A DNA stretch of 64,000 bases, taken from NCBI RefSeq assembly GCF_001194135.2, contig NC_069003.1, positions 32,663,339 through 32,727,338 of the forward strand. Direction: 5' to 3'. This stretch comes from Octopus bimaculoides. Taxonomy: Eukaryota. Position 1 is the first letter of the stretch, and each line of letters begins with the position of its first letter. Below the pieces are notes generated by a model. The model did no database searches. It worked only from the letters and a program-made list of their open reading frames with translations, and was not told the DNA's origin. The position numbers were made by a program, and so were the translations under genes. This document shows, in pieces, positions 49,843 to 62,849 of this stretch.

Positions 49843-50180
49843 ACCCCTTTGAGACCATTCCTGGTTCTATGTTACAAGCTTCCTGCTTTAAAATGATCTA
49901 CATCAAACCTTTCCATAAAAATTTCATGTTAATTTATGTTCCAAATACCAGCTTTAATAATGACAAAATTAGTTCACTAAATACTTCATTATTTTTCAAA
50001 CTAATTGAAACAAAGGCAGTGTATTTCAACAGAGATTTGATAACAAAAGGGTTGATTAATATTTCAAAAGCCATCTTGATAATGGTATAGTTATTTTATT
50101 TTAAATTATTCGTTATTTTCCAAATTAACTGAAATAACAAAAGCAATGTATTTCAGCAGAAATATGGTAACATAAGGGTT
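49843..50180. mobile_element. MITE family with AACCC(C/T)TT...AAGGGTT ends (related copy at ~59250-59470)
   Basis: Shared interior aatttcatgttaatt.atgtt.ca.a.accag.tttaataatgacaaa and gtatttcaacaga.atttg.taacaaaa.ggttg. Confidence 0.7.
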
Positions 50181-53100
50181 AAATATTTAAACATGGTCCA
50201 CAAATTACATGTATCTGATTGGCCAAAACGACACACATGGCAACACAATGATACCAAAATGTCACCTGTTGTATGTAAACCAGAAAAAGGTTGCTAAAGA
50301 ATATGCTATTACTGTGAAAATACTAATTTGAAAACAAAAAACAAAAAAGGCAAAATAAAACTACACTAAAAAGAATTATTTAATATATCAAAACAATTCT
50401 TGCAACAGAGCAGACTCTAATAAAGGTACCAAGGTGGGATTTGAACTTGGAATGTAAAGTGCTGTAACCAAATTTTACTTTGTCCTATAGTGTAGTGATT
50501 CTGCCAAACCCAGAGGAAGTCTTATAGTATTTGTTTACAGTCGCTTCAAACATTGGGCGATATGCTGTGCTTGAGAAGGCCTGTCAAGCTAAATGAAATC
50601 ATAGTCATCGCTGATGCCAGTGCCGTCTGACTGGCACCTGTGCCGGTGGCAGGTAAAAAGCACCGTTTGAGCATTGGGCCTCACAGAGGCAGTGACGGGT
50701 GACTGAGACTTTTGGCAATACACCCTACTTGTGAAGGCCTGTGAAAACCTGTCATTGCAATTTGAGATCACAGTCATGGTTGATGCTGGTGTCACATCAA
50801 TGGCACCCATGCCAGTGGCATGTAAAATATACCCACTACACCCTTGGGGTGGTTGGTGTTAGGAAGGGTGTGTAGCTGTAGAAACCATGCCAAGAAAGAA
50901 AATCAAACAAAAAGTACTTTCAATTTGACAAGTTTGATCTTATTTGCAATCAGTATGTTACCTTCATAAAGACTTAAAATCCAAGATGACTTTGGAGGAC
51001 CAAAAATTCCATGTGAAATGCAGCAAGATTTGGAAAGATAGAGATAATGTTTGAACAAATACACTGCATATTTACACTATATAATACATTGACTTTTATG
51101 CTGCAAAACTACAATGATTCTACTTTTTCCAAATAAAAGTTGGAAACAAGAATTTTTTATTTTTACTGGTGGTCATTAAAAATTTTGAAGATAAAAGGTA
51201 TTTTTTTTTTTTCAGTTGCTGTCCTTGCTTTTGTTTGGTTTAGTCAAGCATTGTCCACTAACATTTACCTTTCTTCAAAACAGGGGTAGCCTTGATTAAT
51301 TAAAGTTATTGTGTTTGTAATAATAAGGCAAGCTGGTGGAATCGTTAGCGTACTGGGAAAAATGCGTAGCTGTATTTGGTCCATCTTTACATTCTAAGTT
51401 CAAATTCTGCTGAAATCCACTGGGGGTTGATGTAATCAACTTACCCCTTCCCTCAAATTGCAGGCCTTGTGACAAAATTTGGAACCAATATTAAATATGA
51501 GAATGAAGGCAGCAAGCTAGCAGAATCATCAGCCTGCTAGGCAAAACTGCTTAGCAACTAAGTGTTCTGAGTTCAAATTCTGCCGGGATTGGCTTTGCTT
51601 TTCATCCTTTTGAGGTCAATAAAATAAGTATCATTTAAATACTGGGGTCAATATAATTGACTATCCCCTGAAATTGCTGGCCTTGTGCCAAAATGTTAAG
51701 TGTGTGAGTATTTGCATCACTTAGATTAATGTTTATACAAAAACAAAGGAATTTTTTTTTAAATAGTGAAAAATTAAAAGTAAAAATTAAAAGTAACAAC
51801 AAGTTTACTATCTGCATATATTTTCTACAGTATCTTTATCCCTACCCACACCCCTATTTTCCACTCTTGAATTCAGATATATTCAGTTCAGGTACATTGA
51901 TCGAGTATTGAACTTTTTTGAACCAATGTTTTATTACATTCAACAGACTAACTCTTAAAAATAAAATCAATATTCACAGTTTGATCTGAAACTTCTAAAT
52001 TTATTTCTGAAACAAAATCTTCTCTGAAATTTGTAGCACAATTATTTATCGATTATTTACGTAAGCATACAAGCCAATGAGGGAACCTCTAAGTAGTTAC
52101 CTGAATTATTAGAAATAGTAATCAAATCTCCTCAAATAACACCCCTACCACTTTTAAAAAAGGAAGGTTGCACTGGACTATGTAGTCACAAATACACAAA
52201 AATATAAAATAAGATAGTGGGGTCACTGCTCTAATACCTACAAAAAATGTCATCTTTCTACAACATGCAAATAAATCAGTAATTATATCTATTTATTCTC
52301 CATTTTCTTCTCCTTGTTTTTCCCTATATATGTATATNNNNNNNNNNTATATATATATACACACACACAAGTGAGTGGAGAAACAAAAGAAAAAGGCACT
52401 CAACACATTTAGTAGGAGTTACATGTAGTATTTAAAACAAATTTGATTTCGTTCCATGCTACTTCAAGTTTCACTGGCCTCCAATGAGAGCCCAACTCCT
52501 TCAGGCTTCTGGAATGCCAAATGTAGAGATCCAGGAAGTCCAGTAACCATCTTGGACTGCAAAACTTGAAGTAGCATGGAACTGAATCAAACAGTTTTAA
52601 ATAATACATACATATATATATATATATATGTGTGTGTGTATATGTATATATATATCATCATCATCATCATCATCGTTTAACATCCGCTTTCCATGCTAGC
52701 ATGGGTTGGACGATTTGACTGAGGACTGGTGAAACCAGATGGCTACACCAGGCTTCAATCTGATTTGGCAGAGTTTCTACAGCTGGATGCCCTTCCTAAC
52801 GCCATATATATATATATATATAACAAGATTTTGGTAAGCCTGAAGCTATAGTAGAAGACACTTACCCAAAGTGCCACACACTGGAACGAAACCAAGAACC
52901 ATGTGGGAAGCAAATTGCTAACCACACGGCCATGGTTTTAATTTTAATTTTTTTATTTAAAAAAACAAAATTCTTTGTGAGTCTTCTGACTCTATTCAGT
53001 TATTCAGTCTTGTGAATAACTTTAGTTTAAAACAACACCCAGTTCTGTTAAGTTGGTACGATAGGTCAGTATTATAATGCTTCAGCTTTCATTAATGATG

Positions 53101-55180
53101 TAATTAGTCAGATCTATTATTATCTTTGAAAATAACCTTGACCTCCACCGAAATTATTTTACAGTTCAAGTCACAGTACTGACAGTTGTGACAAATCAGA
53201 GCACAGAAAGGACTCTTGACACAGTTTAACTGAGCCAGCAGTTGTCCTTTTTGTTTTTTTGTTTTGATTACCCTTTATGGCTTGTATAACATTTGTTTTT
53301 TTTCTTTTCTTTTTATTCTTTTACTCAATTGCTATCTGTATAGCATTATTAAGATTCAGATAGTGTTAGATAACTAATTTAACCGTGCTGTATATGTAAT
53401 CACCTTTGCCCAGCCAGTGGGCCAATGAGGAAGAATCTTTTATATTAATGGTTTTCATTCTGTTTGAGTTTGTGGAACACTGGAGATCAAATTATCGTCA
53501 TCGTCGTCATCGTCATCATTATTTGATGTCCATTCTCCATCATGGCATGGGTTGGAATGGCTTGACAGAAACTGGCAAGACCAGGGGCTGCATCAGGTTC
53601 CATTGTCTGTTTTGGCTTGGTTTCTACAGCTGTAGAAGTGTTTCTAATACAAACCACTTTACAGAGTGTACTGGGTACTTTCTATGTGGTACCATTGCCA
53701 GTGCCTTTTATGTGGCACCTTCACCAATGTTTTTTTACATAGCACCAGTACTTTTTACGTGGTGCAAGTACACCAAAGCTTTTTACAAGGAACCTTGGTT
53801 TTAGGATCTCAATTCTGTTGTGGTGGACAGTAATAAAAAAAAAACTTATGGATCTTCTTCACACTCTGGTAGTGATGCACACAGTGTGGTCCAAGTGGAC
53901 TACCATTGATCCATTCCAAACTTTTGGTGGTCCATGATAAAGTTCTAAAGACCAAGGAAGTAATTTCTTATTTTTCACATAAGATAAAGTTAAAAGAATA
54001 ATAATTTTCATAGAATATAGATGTATCTGATGTCTTTTATCTTTTTCTTGTTTCAGTCATTGGACTGTGGCCATGCTGGGGTACTGCCTTCAAGGTTTTA
54101 GTCAAACAAATTGACTTCGGTACTTTTGTACTTATTTTACTGGTCACAACAACTGAGCTTACCAATCATTCTTGACTTTACCTATTTTTCTGATACTTCT
54201 AAAATGAATCAATGATTTTTGCCTCACACACACAAACTTAAATCAAAATTGACTATATTACACTGATCATGAAAGAGTCAATTGGCAACCATATCTGTGA
54301 CAGCAACCTATTATAATAGCCTTTCCAGCACTTAGTGAATGAAACATAACCAATAACCATATTTGAAAGCATCTTTAGATGATTGAAATATGAAGAGAGA
54401 ACTGATCAATATTACCAACATTATTAATCTGCCTTGCAAAGATAAATAGATATACTAGCTTATCCTTTAAGACTCAGTCCAACACTCAATAGCTAACTAA
54501 CTGAAGGTTTTTTCGCATGTTATTCAATAAATGTTTGTAAAATACCAACCCTTATATTCTGTGTTTTGATTTGTCTTCATAGAATTTAGTTAATTTCTTC
54601 TGCATTTCCAAACAAAGCAATCAAAGTTGGATACATTATTGTTGTGTTTATGATCAAGCTGATTTATTAACTTTTAGATTTCTGCAGGCAATCATATAAA
54701 CAACAGACAAACTGTATAAAAATTGGTTTTTCAGTCGCATAAATTTATGTCTTGATAATCCAATTTTAGTAGCATTGTAATCTTTCAGTATTTTTAGGCA
54801 CAATTAATACTCCATTTCAAGCGTCCTTCATCATGTAACCTTCAAAACTATGTTTACTCATAGTATTTCATTATATCTGTTATTTGTTGCTCTTTCACTT
54901 TTCACTTTTCATTTTATATTTATGAGAAAATGCAATTGAAATTTGTTGGAAAACAGATATGCACGGATGTGGCTTTGTGCTAAGAAGTTTGCTTCCCAAC
55001 CACATGGTTCCAGGCTCAGTCCTACTTGTGTGACATTTTGAGTATCTTCTGCAATAGACCTGGGCTGACCAAAGCTTTGTGAGAGAATTTAGTTCAGAGA
55101 AACTGAAAAAAATTCATCATCTGTGTGTGTGTGCGCGCACACGCTTCCATCACCCCCATTGTTCTATATACATACATGTG

Positions 55181-55215
<35 letters not shown>

Positions 55216-56361
55216 GTATGTATCATTATCATTATCATCCTTTAATGTCTGTTTTCCATGCTGGCATGGGTTGGATGNNNNNNNNNNTGTTTTCCATGCT
55301 GGCATGGGTTGGATGGTTTGACCAGGGCTGGCAAGCAGGAGAGCTGTACCAGGCTCCAGTGTGATTTGGCTTGGTTTCTATGGCTGGATGAATAGAAGAT
55401 GCCTGAGAACCAAACTTTGGTGAATGCCTACCTGCACACTAAGTTTGTTACTGTACTCATAGATAACTCTCATCTTACTGACAGCAACCCTGTACATGGC
55501 TTGTAGGTCCTTCAGATTGCTTGAAAGGAGAGAGTTTTTCAAACAACCAGGAGTAACACCATCCTCTGAGCAGCCACACAGAGGCTTTTGTTTTGCCTAA
55601 TAATGAGTTTCAAATTCTAGCACAAGGTCAGCAATTTTGGGTAGGGAGTAAGTTGATTACATCAACCCCAGTGTTCAACTGGTACTTATTTAATCGAGCC
55701 TGAAAGGATGAAAGGCAAAGTAAACCTTAGCGGAATTTGAATTCAGAACATGAAGATGGATGAAATGCCACTCCAGCTTAATAATAAAAAAATTAGCTAT
55801 TTTGTAAATCTTTCCAAATTTTCAGTTGTTTTCATAATTATTTGACGACATCATCTACTGTATCTTTCATGTGTTTAATTTGGTAGTGTATATGATTTAA
55901 GGGAGATTTAGCTACTGTTTCTAGCAAGTTGAATAGCAAGATAGAGACCCCCACCTCTTTAGCTTGACATACATAAGTTGTTTTTGTGAAAGGCACCAAT
56001 TACTGACATTTTAAACAGATATCAAATGAGACAGCTAATGATTACTCTGAAAGACTCAAATTATTTGTTAAGAAATGTGAATGCAAACTTATTTCTATAC
56101 TGAATCACAAACAACTTCTCATGTGTGACACCCTTGTTGCTAGTATACATAGTATATATATATTGTTAAAGTATATCTACATGAATTGGATCACAATTAT
56201 GTCAGAAGATTGTTTCTACTTGGCCAATGCTTTTGAGATTTCAATAGATTTATTCCATCTCTTCTCTGAATTCTTTTTGACCTCACTTCTTTTTTGAAGA
56301 TGTAACATATAATTTGTTATTGAAATTCAAATGTGCTGTTTTAAAATATATTAGAATGATA

Positions 56362-56392
<31 letters not shown>

Positions 56393-56859
56393 TTTATAAC
56401 AAGCAACTTTTGTTGTAAAGCTTTTGTTCAACAAGCTCTGGTGAGAAAGTAGACTATAAAAATAATACAACTGTAGGAACTAGACTTAACCCATTGACCA
56501 ATTTAACAACATCAAATGACCCTTGAAATCCGTTCTGTTGTAAGTATTTAGGCCACGTCCTCCGATTTGAAGATTAATTCCCTCTCCCCATCAGTCACAG
56601 AGGCCCTGAAATGCTCATTGGTGCTGCCTTCTGTCTTCTGACTAATCCATAAAAACGTGTAGTATTTATGAGGAGGAAACAGTAAATTAAAGATTAACAT
56701 TTATTATATTTGCTGCTATTTTTACTTTAATTTTTATTGTTACAGTCAGTGTCGCCATAATAATCAGGAGCCCTTTTTATATGATGACATATCAGATTCA
56801 TACTTCTTAACCCTTCGACTGTAAAATTAAATTTCAGGGTTATTCCAGTAAATGATGTC

Positions 56860-57249
56860 AAATATGCACCATGCCACACAAGCAGGAGAATCCAGTCATG
56901 GCTGTCAGGTAATTTCTGTAACCACATCACCCATAACAGCTGGCCACATAACTCCCCAGACTACAACCCCCTTAATTATTATGTGTGGGTTGCAGTTGAG
57001 CGAGAGACCAACAAAATTCTTTGTAACAACAAAGATGAACTGAAGGCAAGAATTATGACAACATTCACCAACAAGGAGACCGTCCAGACGAGTTGCAGGA
57101 GATTCCGAAGTCGTCTGGAGGCCATGGTTGAAGCCAATGGCGATTTTATTGAATATATTTACTCTTTAGTATTTCAAGATATTTTTAAATGATATGTCAT
57201 CGTTATTTTCATTTTTGTGTAATTTAGACAATATATTCACCACACCCTG
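56860..57249 (+). mobile_element. Tc1/mariner superfamily (maT-like, DD37D spacing) transposase C-terminal fragment with right TIR
   Basis: APCHTSRRIQSWLSGNFCNHITHNSWPHNSPDYNPLNYYVWVAVERETNK...RRFRSRLEAMVEANGDFIE; terminus ...accacaccctg|TA. By alignment there are 37 residues between the two (now mutated) Asp positions. Confidence 0.85.
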
Positions 57250-60200
57250 TATGTGTCTGTGTGTTCTTATCTCTGAATATATGTAGATATCTGTGGGTGA
57301 GTATATGTGTGTGTATATATGTGTGTGTGTATGTGTGTATATATATATATTATATATATATATGCATGAATGTATGTATATATAAACATATATATATGTT
57401 TATATTTTAGGTATATGTATTTGTGTTGTAAGATTCTTGATGTGAAATTGTGTTTTGAAACATAAATTATTTAGGAATGGTCATTTTTTCTTTTTCTTCT
57501 TTTTTTTTTTGCCAATAAAGTATTTATCTGATCTTAGCTTTATCTTTATCATTATTATTAGTTTATTTGTCCAGAGTTCCTTCATCACACATCCTGCAAC
57601 CTCTTCAATGACTTTTTGTTCCTCGTGTTTTGTCTTCTCTTTGGTCCTCCTTTAAATTCCGTTTACCAAATCCACTCACAAATATTTAGCCGGCACAGGG
57701 CCATAGGAGAAGACACTCGGCCAAAGGTGCCACACAGTGCGACTGAACCGGGAACCACCAAGCAGCTGGGGAAGTAAACTTCTTACCACATAGCCACACC
57801 TGTGTCTATAACTTCCACAGCAGATAAAAGTTGTTAGAAAGATGGGTCAGAAAGAAGCAGTGAATGAATGCTATGAACCNNNNNNNNNNNNNNNNNNNNN
57901 NNNNNNNNNNNNNNNNNNNNNNNNNNNNNNNNNNNNNNNNNNNNGCGACTGAACCGGGAACCACCAAGCAGCTGGGGAAGTAAACTTCTTACCACATAGC
58001 CACACCTGTGTCTATAACTTCCACAGCAGATAAAAGTTGTTAGAAAGATGGGTCAGAAAGAAGCAGTGAATGAATGCTATGAACCACTTCTGATTGAAAT
58101 TGACCTAATTAAATTCTTATTAACCTAACCTACACATCCCTAAAATGTCACTGAGTAATTTGAAATGTTTACGTAAGTCATTAGGTGGACGTAAATATGT
58201 GGCTCAGCTTGCGTAACTGAATGATATCAGAGGTAATTGAAAAAGCTCACAGGGGGTAAGTAAAATGATTGACATGGTGATATATGCTGATAAAACAAAT
58301 TTACTTGCATTGGGTGGAACATCAGTGCTGTATTTACTTGTGTTTAATGTGAGAAGTTTAATGTAACAAACGAAGGTTAAAAGTGGGAAGGAGTGAAAAA
58401 CATACTTAAGTACAAAAAAAAAAATGTAAAATTTAGTTAAGAGGAGGGACCAAGTATATTACTGGTTTTTAGGTACAAAAAGCGTTGTTGGGTCGCACAA
58501 AACATTGTATTTGAATAACTACAGTAAATAAAATATACACAAAACACATCTTTTATCCTTTATCTTTTACTTGTTTCAGTCATTAGACTGCGACCATGCT
58601 GGGGCACTGCCTTGAAGAATTTTTAGTTGAATGAATCGATCCCAGTACTTACTTTTTATTTATGTTAAGCCTGGAACTTATTCAATCATTCTCTGTTTGC
58701 TGAACTGCTACGTTACGGGGACGGTTGGTAGTGGTGGTTGGGATGGTGATGATGATGATGATGGTGATTAGAATGTTAGACAAAATGTCTTGCACTATTT
58801 AATCATGATCCTTTACATACTGAACTGAATTTCCATAAAGGTCAACTCTGCCATTTGTCCTTCTGGGTGGAGATTATCGAGGTAGATTTTCTACAGCTGG
58901 ATGCCCTTCCTGTCACCAACCCTCACCTATTTCCATGTAAAGTAATATTTCCCTATGGCCAGAGTTTCAAGTCAGGCCTCTGATTGGAAGATATCTTTCT
59001 CACATAAGTTTCAGAGGCCCTGACTGACCCACAATAAAAGAAAGGAAAAGAAAGAAAAAGATCTTTTCGCCAAATAACACGCATCATTCATTAAGTAGAC
59101 ATTTCCGCAATTCAAACACAGAAACTTTCCTGTTCATATTATTTAAATACTTTGTCGTCTTTACTCGTTTACATTCCTTAAATATATTTGTGTTGATAAC
59201 AAGAAGCAGGAGTTGGAAGTGGTTAGAAGGAGAAGAATATATCTATCAAAAACTCTTGATACCAACTCACCCAAAACTGTCCCTGCTTCCATGACACAAA
59301 ACTTACTGTTTTAAAATGATCCAAACCTTTCGTTAAAATTTCATGTTAATTCATGTTTCAGAAACCAGTTTAATAATGACAAAGTTATTCTTCTAAATTC
59401 TTTGTTATTTTCAAAATTAATCAAAACGAAGGTAGAGTATTTCAACAGAAATTTGGTAACAAAAAGGTTGTGATGAAGAACAATCTCAGGATGCTGAGCC
59501 TTTCGGATGAGATCGACTTTGCCTTTGGAGCATGCTTTGATCTATTTCCTCCTGAGGCAAAACATTCTCACTTAGCTGACATCAAGTACAGACCACAGCT
59601 TTACACCATACGGAAAGATATCAGTTCTTCTGGATTGGACATTATATTGATTGAACATGACTTCAGAGACGAATCTCGTTATTTCCTATGCATCCGAAAA
59701 TAAATGGTCCGGCTAAAAATTTGTGATTTTGATATTTAAGATACTAATGATGCAATTAATGGATCAATACAGGACTGTCTTAACAGCATTATAGCACACC
59801 CACCTCCAGGAAAATCAATGCCTTGGGCGAGCCCAATCATATGTATTTATTGATATGTCACAACATGATGGTTTTCCTTGACCACGTACCATTCTTACAT
59901 TGAGAATAGTAACATACATTCTTCTGTAATTAATTTCATATTGTTTAGATTGAACCATACTACCTCTACTCAGGTGTTCCAAAAAAAAAAAAAAAATTGG
60001 GCTTATAGTTGCACCTAAGGTTTTCTGGCCGATAGGCTGTGCACCTGTAGACGTTTCTGCTGGGGCACATTACAGCCTCATAGCCTAATAAAAAAGAAGA
60101 AAAAAAACCAAAGATCTGAATCGAGCCCCAAGACCAGTGATGCTCCTGGCAATTGTTCAGTGTGTCCATGTCTTAAGATGGCACTGGATCAATACTGAGG

Positions 60201-61094
60201 ATAAAATTGTGGCTCTTAAAAGAAAGTTGACAGCAATGGTGATCATGTGATTTAGTTGAAAAGAGAGCAAGATACACGAAAGAAAGAAAGCACAACTATA
60301 ACTTACCATTAGGATAATATTGATTTAATTTGAAAATCTCGAAGTATTGTTTATATTAATAAAAAAAAAACGATGTTTCTCTTATGCTTGTTGTTTTGAA
60401 TCTCAATGTTTTCTGATCCTATGAGTCCAGAACAGGAGAAAATATGCTGCTCAAATAAGTCTGCTCGATTAGGGTTGACCTAGGGCTACACAGCAACAGC
60501 AGTAGCAGCAACAACAACATTGATAACAGCACTAACAACAACAACAACAACAACAGCATCAGCATCAGCATCAATAACAGTAACAGTGACAGTGACGTCA
60601 TTTTTGTAATAACAGTCGATGAAGTGATTTTTCCACTCTGAATCCGTCTATTTTAGGAGTGACAAATGAAGAGAATAAGGATGTAAAGAGTGAAGGAGAA
60701 ACGTGAAGAGAGAGCAAGTGGGAGGAAGATGTGACGAAAATCTAGGATGTCGGGGGTTTTCTACGTAAACCGGAACATAATTGTTTCCTTCTCTCTCACA
60801 CCATTTCTCCACACTGTGAATCATTCTTGTAAAACAATCGTTGATGATATGTATTTGGCATTGTAACATACATACACGACTAATACACTCACGTATATAT
60901 TACACACACGCACACTTACATTCAAACTTAAACGCATTTTCTTTCGTACGTATACACTTATATGAAAATTGTATATAGTTCTGTTTAACACACGCATGCA
61001 TGCGAGCCTCAACGCAGCATAACTGCAGTTTAGTGCTCCACCGGTTTTGTTTTATCGTAACTTTTTAAATAATGCGGATCAATAATGCATTTAA

Positions 61095-61267
61095 GGGATT
61101 AAGTCAATTACATCGACTCCAGTACATAACTGGTACTTAATTTATCGACCCCGAAAGGATGAAAAGCAAAGTCGACCTCTGCGGAATTTGAACTCAGAAC
61201 GTAACGGCAGACGAAATACCGCTAAGCATTTCGCCCGGCGTGCTAACGTTTCTGCCAGCTCGCCGCC
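61095..61267 (-). mobile_element. Near-intact tRNA-derived SINE family B (other copies at ~15470-15610, 20100-20260, 51325-51480, 51508-51690, 55630-55760, 58740-58870, 62320-62490)
   Basis: Minus strand GGCGGCGAGCTGGCAGAAACGTTAGCACGCCGGGCGAAATGCTTAGCGG...GAGTTCAAATTCC (B box, 61195-61183)...GGGGTCGATAAATTAAGTACCAG. Confidence 0.88.
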
Positions 61268-61389
61268 ATTTACCATTTCTGTGGTGCCCACCCTTCCCTT
61301 AAAAAAAAATACTAGGGGTCGATTCTTTTGACAAAGATCCTTCAATGCCCTAACATGGTCACAGTGTAATAACTTAAACAAGTAAAAGA

Positions 61390-61469
61390 TTACATTATTT
61401 ACATTTGACGGATATTTGTCCTCATCTTGTTTGTTGAGGACAAATATCCGTCAAATGTAAATAATGTAA
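61390..61469. repeat. Perfect 35-bp inverted repeat with 10-nt loop
   Basis: ttacattatttacatttgacggatatttgtcctca (61390-61424) / tgaggacaaatatccgtcaaatgtaaataatgtaa (61435-61469). Confidence 0.97.
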
Positions 61470-62849
61470 ATAATGTAAATAATTCCTCATCTCTTAAATA
61501 TAGAACTGAAGTAAAAGATAAAACAAAAAAAAACTCGGTATTTATCATGTTGATGACTGACTCCAATGTTCCGCGGACGCAACAAAGAATCTGTCACCAT
61601 CACATGGTTTTATCCCGTCAAGCAACACAACATATGAAGACGTTCTTGGAAGCTGCACATAACATCGACGAAGTCTTCTTTGAGCGGGATAACAAACAGC
61701 ATCCTGCTGGATAATTGTGTTCACCTTTTTCTCTCTGTCGTTTCCGTGGTCTTTTTTTCCTTTCGGATTGAAAACACCTTATACAGAATCGTGACATTAC
61801 ATGTATGTTCAGCATTTTTTTAATACTGACGACGAAGACGAATATTTCAAATGAAGCCACAAAGAAACTCTGTCAGAGTCTTGTAGTTCTCTTGTCGAGC
61901 AACACACAAGATACGAAGTTTCAGTAACTTTTTTTCCTGGATTCAATAAAATAAAGTATCATAAATTTAGGCGTAGGAGTGGTAAGTAGCTTGCTTACGA
62001 ACCACATGGTTCCGGGTTCAGTCCCACTGTGTGGCATTTTGGGCAAGTGTCTTCTACTATAGCCTCGGGCTGACCAAAACCTTGTGAGTGGATTAGGTAG
62101 ACGGAAACTGAAAGAAACCCATCGNNNNNNNNNNNNNNNNNNNNNNNNNNNNNNNNNNNNNNNNNNNNNNNNNNNNNNNNNNNNNNNNNNNNNNNNNNNN
62201 NNNNNNNNNNNNNNNNNNNNNGGCGAAAGAGATCCGATAGAATAAGTACTAGGCTTACAAAGAATAAGTCCTGGGCTCCAGCATGGCCGCAGTCAAATGA
62301 CTGAAACAAGTAAAAGAGTATCACTCAGGTATTGGGGTCGATGGTATCGACTTACCCCCTCCCCACAAAACTTATAGTCTTGTGCCTAAATCAGAAGCGA
62401 TTACCTTGTGCAATCATCCTTTCGGGTTCGATAAATTAAGTACCAGTTATGTACTGGGTCGATGTAATTGACTTAATCCCTTTGTCCCCTCGCCCATGGT
62501 AATGCTGCGAGCGTGCTGGCTTGCTTCAGTAGGTTCCGTTGAACCTTGTGGTGTGTGACCAATTGAGGCACTTGGCGCTGCAGTTTTTCCTTCTCTCTTT
62601 CTTCCCCACAAATGGTTTCAATACAGTTTTAGCAGAAAGATATGGAAGAATTAGAAGAAAGTTCACCAGTGATATTCTTTCATGTAAATAAATCTTTATG
62701 TTAAATTAAGAATTTGCCAGCAAAATCTTATAAAATAACAATGTTCTAAAAAATATACATGTTTATATGTTACATAGGAAAATAAAATTTACCATTTCTT
62801 ATTGATTTTATGAAACCTGGCAAATCTTTCTATTCACTCAATGCAGATA

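Noticed and set aside
54240-56330. Faint transposase-like peptide scraps on the minus strand
   Set aside because: No diagnostic motif could be recovered; too degraded to support a call.
57739-58085. Exact 141-bp direct duplication (57739-57879 and 57945-58085)
   Set aside because: The copies are identical and flank an N gap, the typical signature of an unmerged contig overlap. The same pattern occurs at the 1440-1449 and 55278-55287 gaps.
61095-61267. tRNA gene
   Set aside because: It has A/B-box-like motifs but no complete cloverleaf, continues into a shared body and tail, and has many diverged copies, so it is a SINE.
61427-61860. 95-aa plus-strand and 80-aa minus-strand ORFs
   Set aside because: The plus-strand ORF starts inside the hairpin and tandem repeat, and no frame gives a recognisable domain or convincing splice sites.
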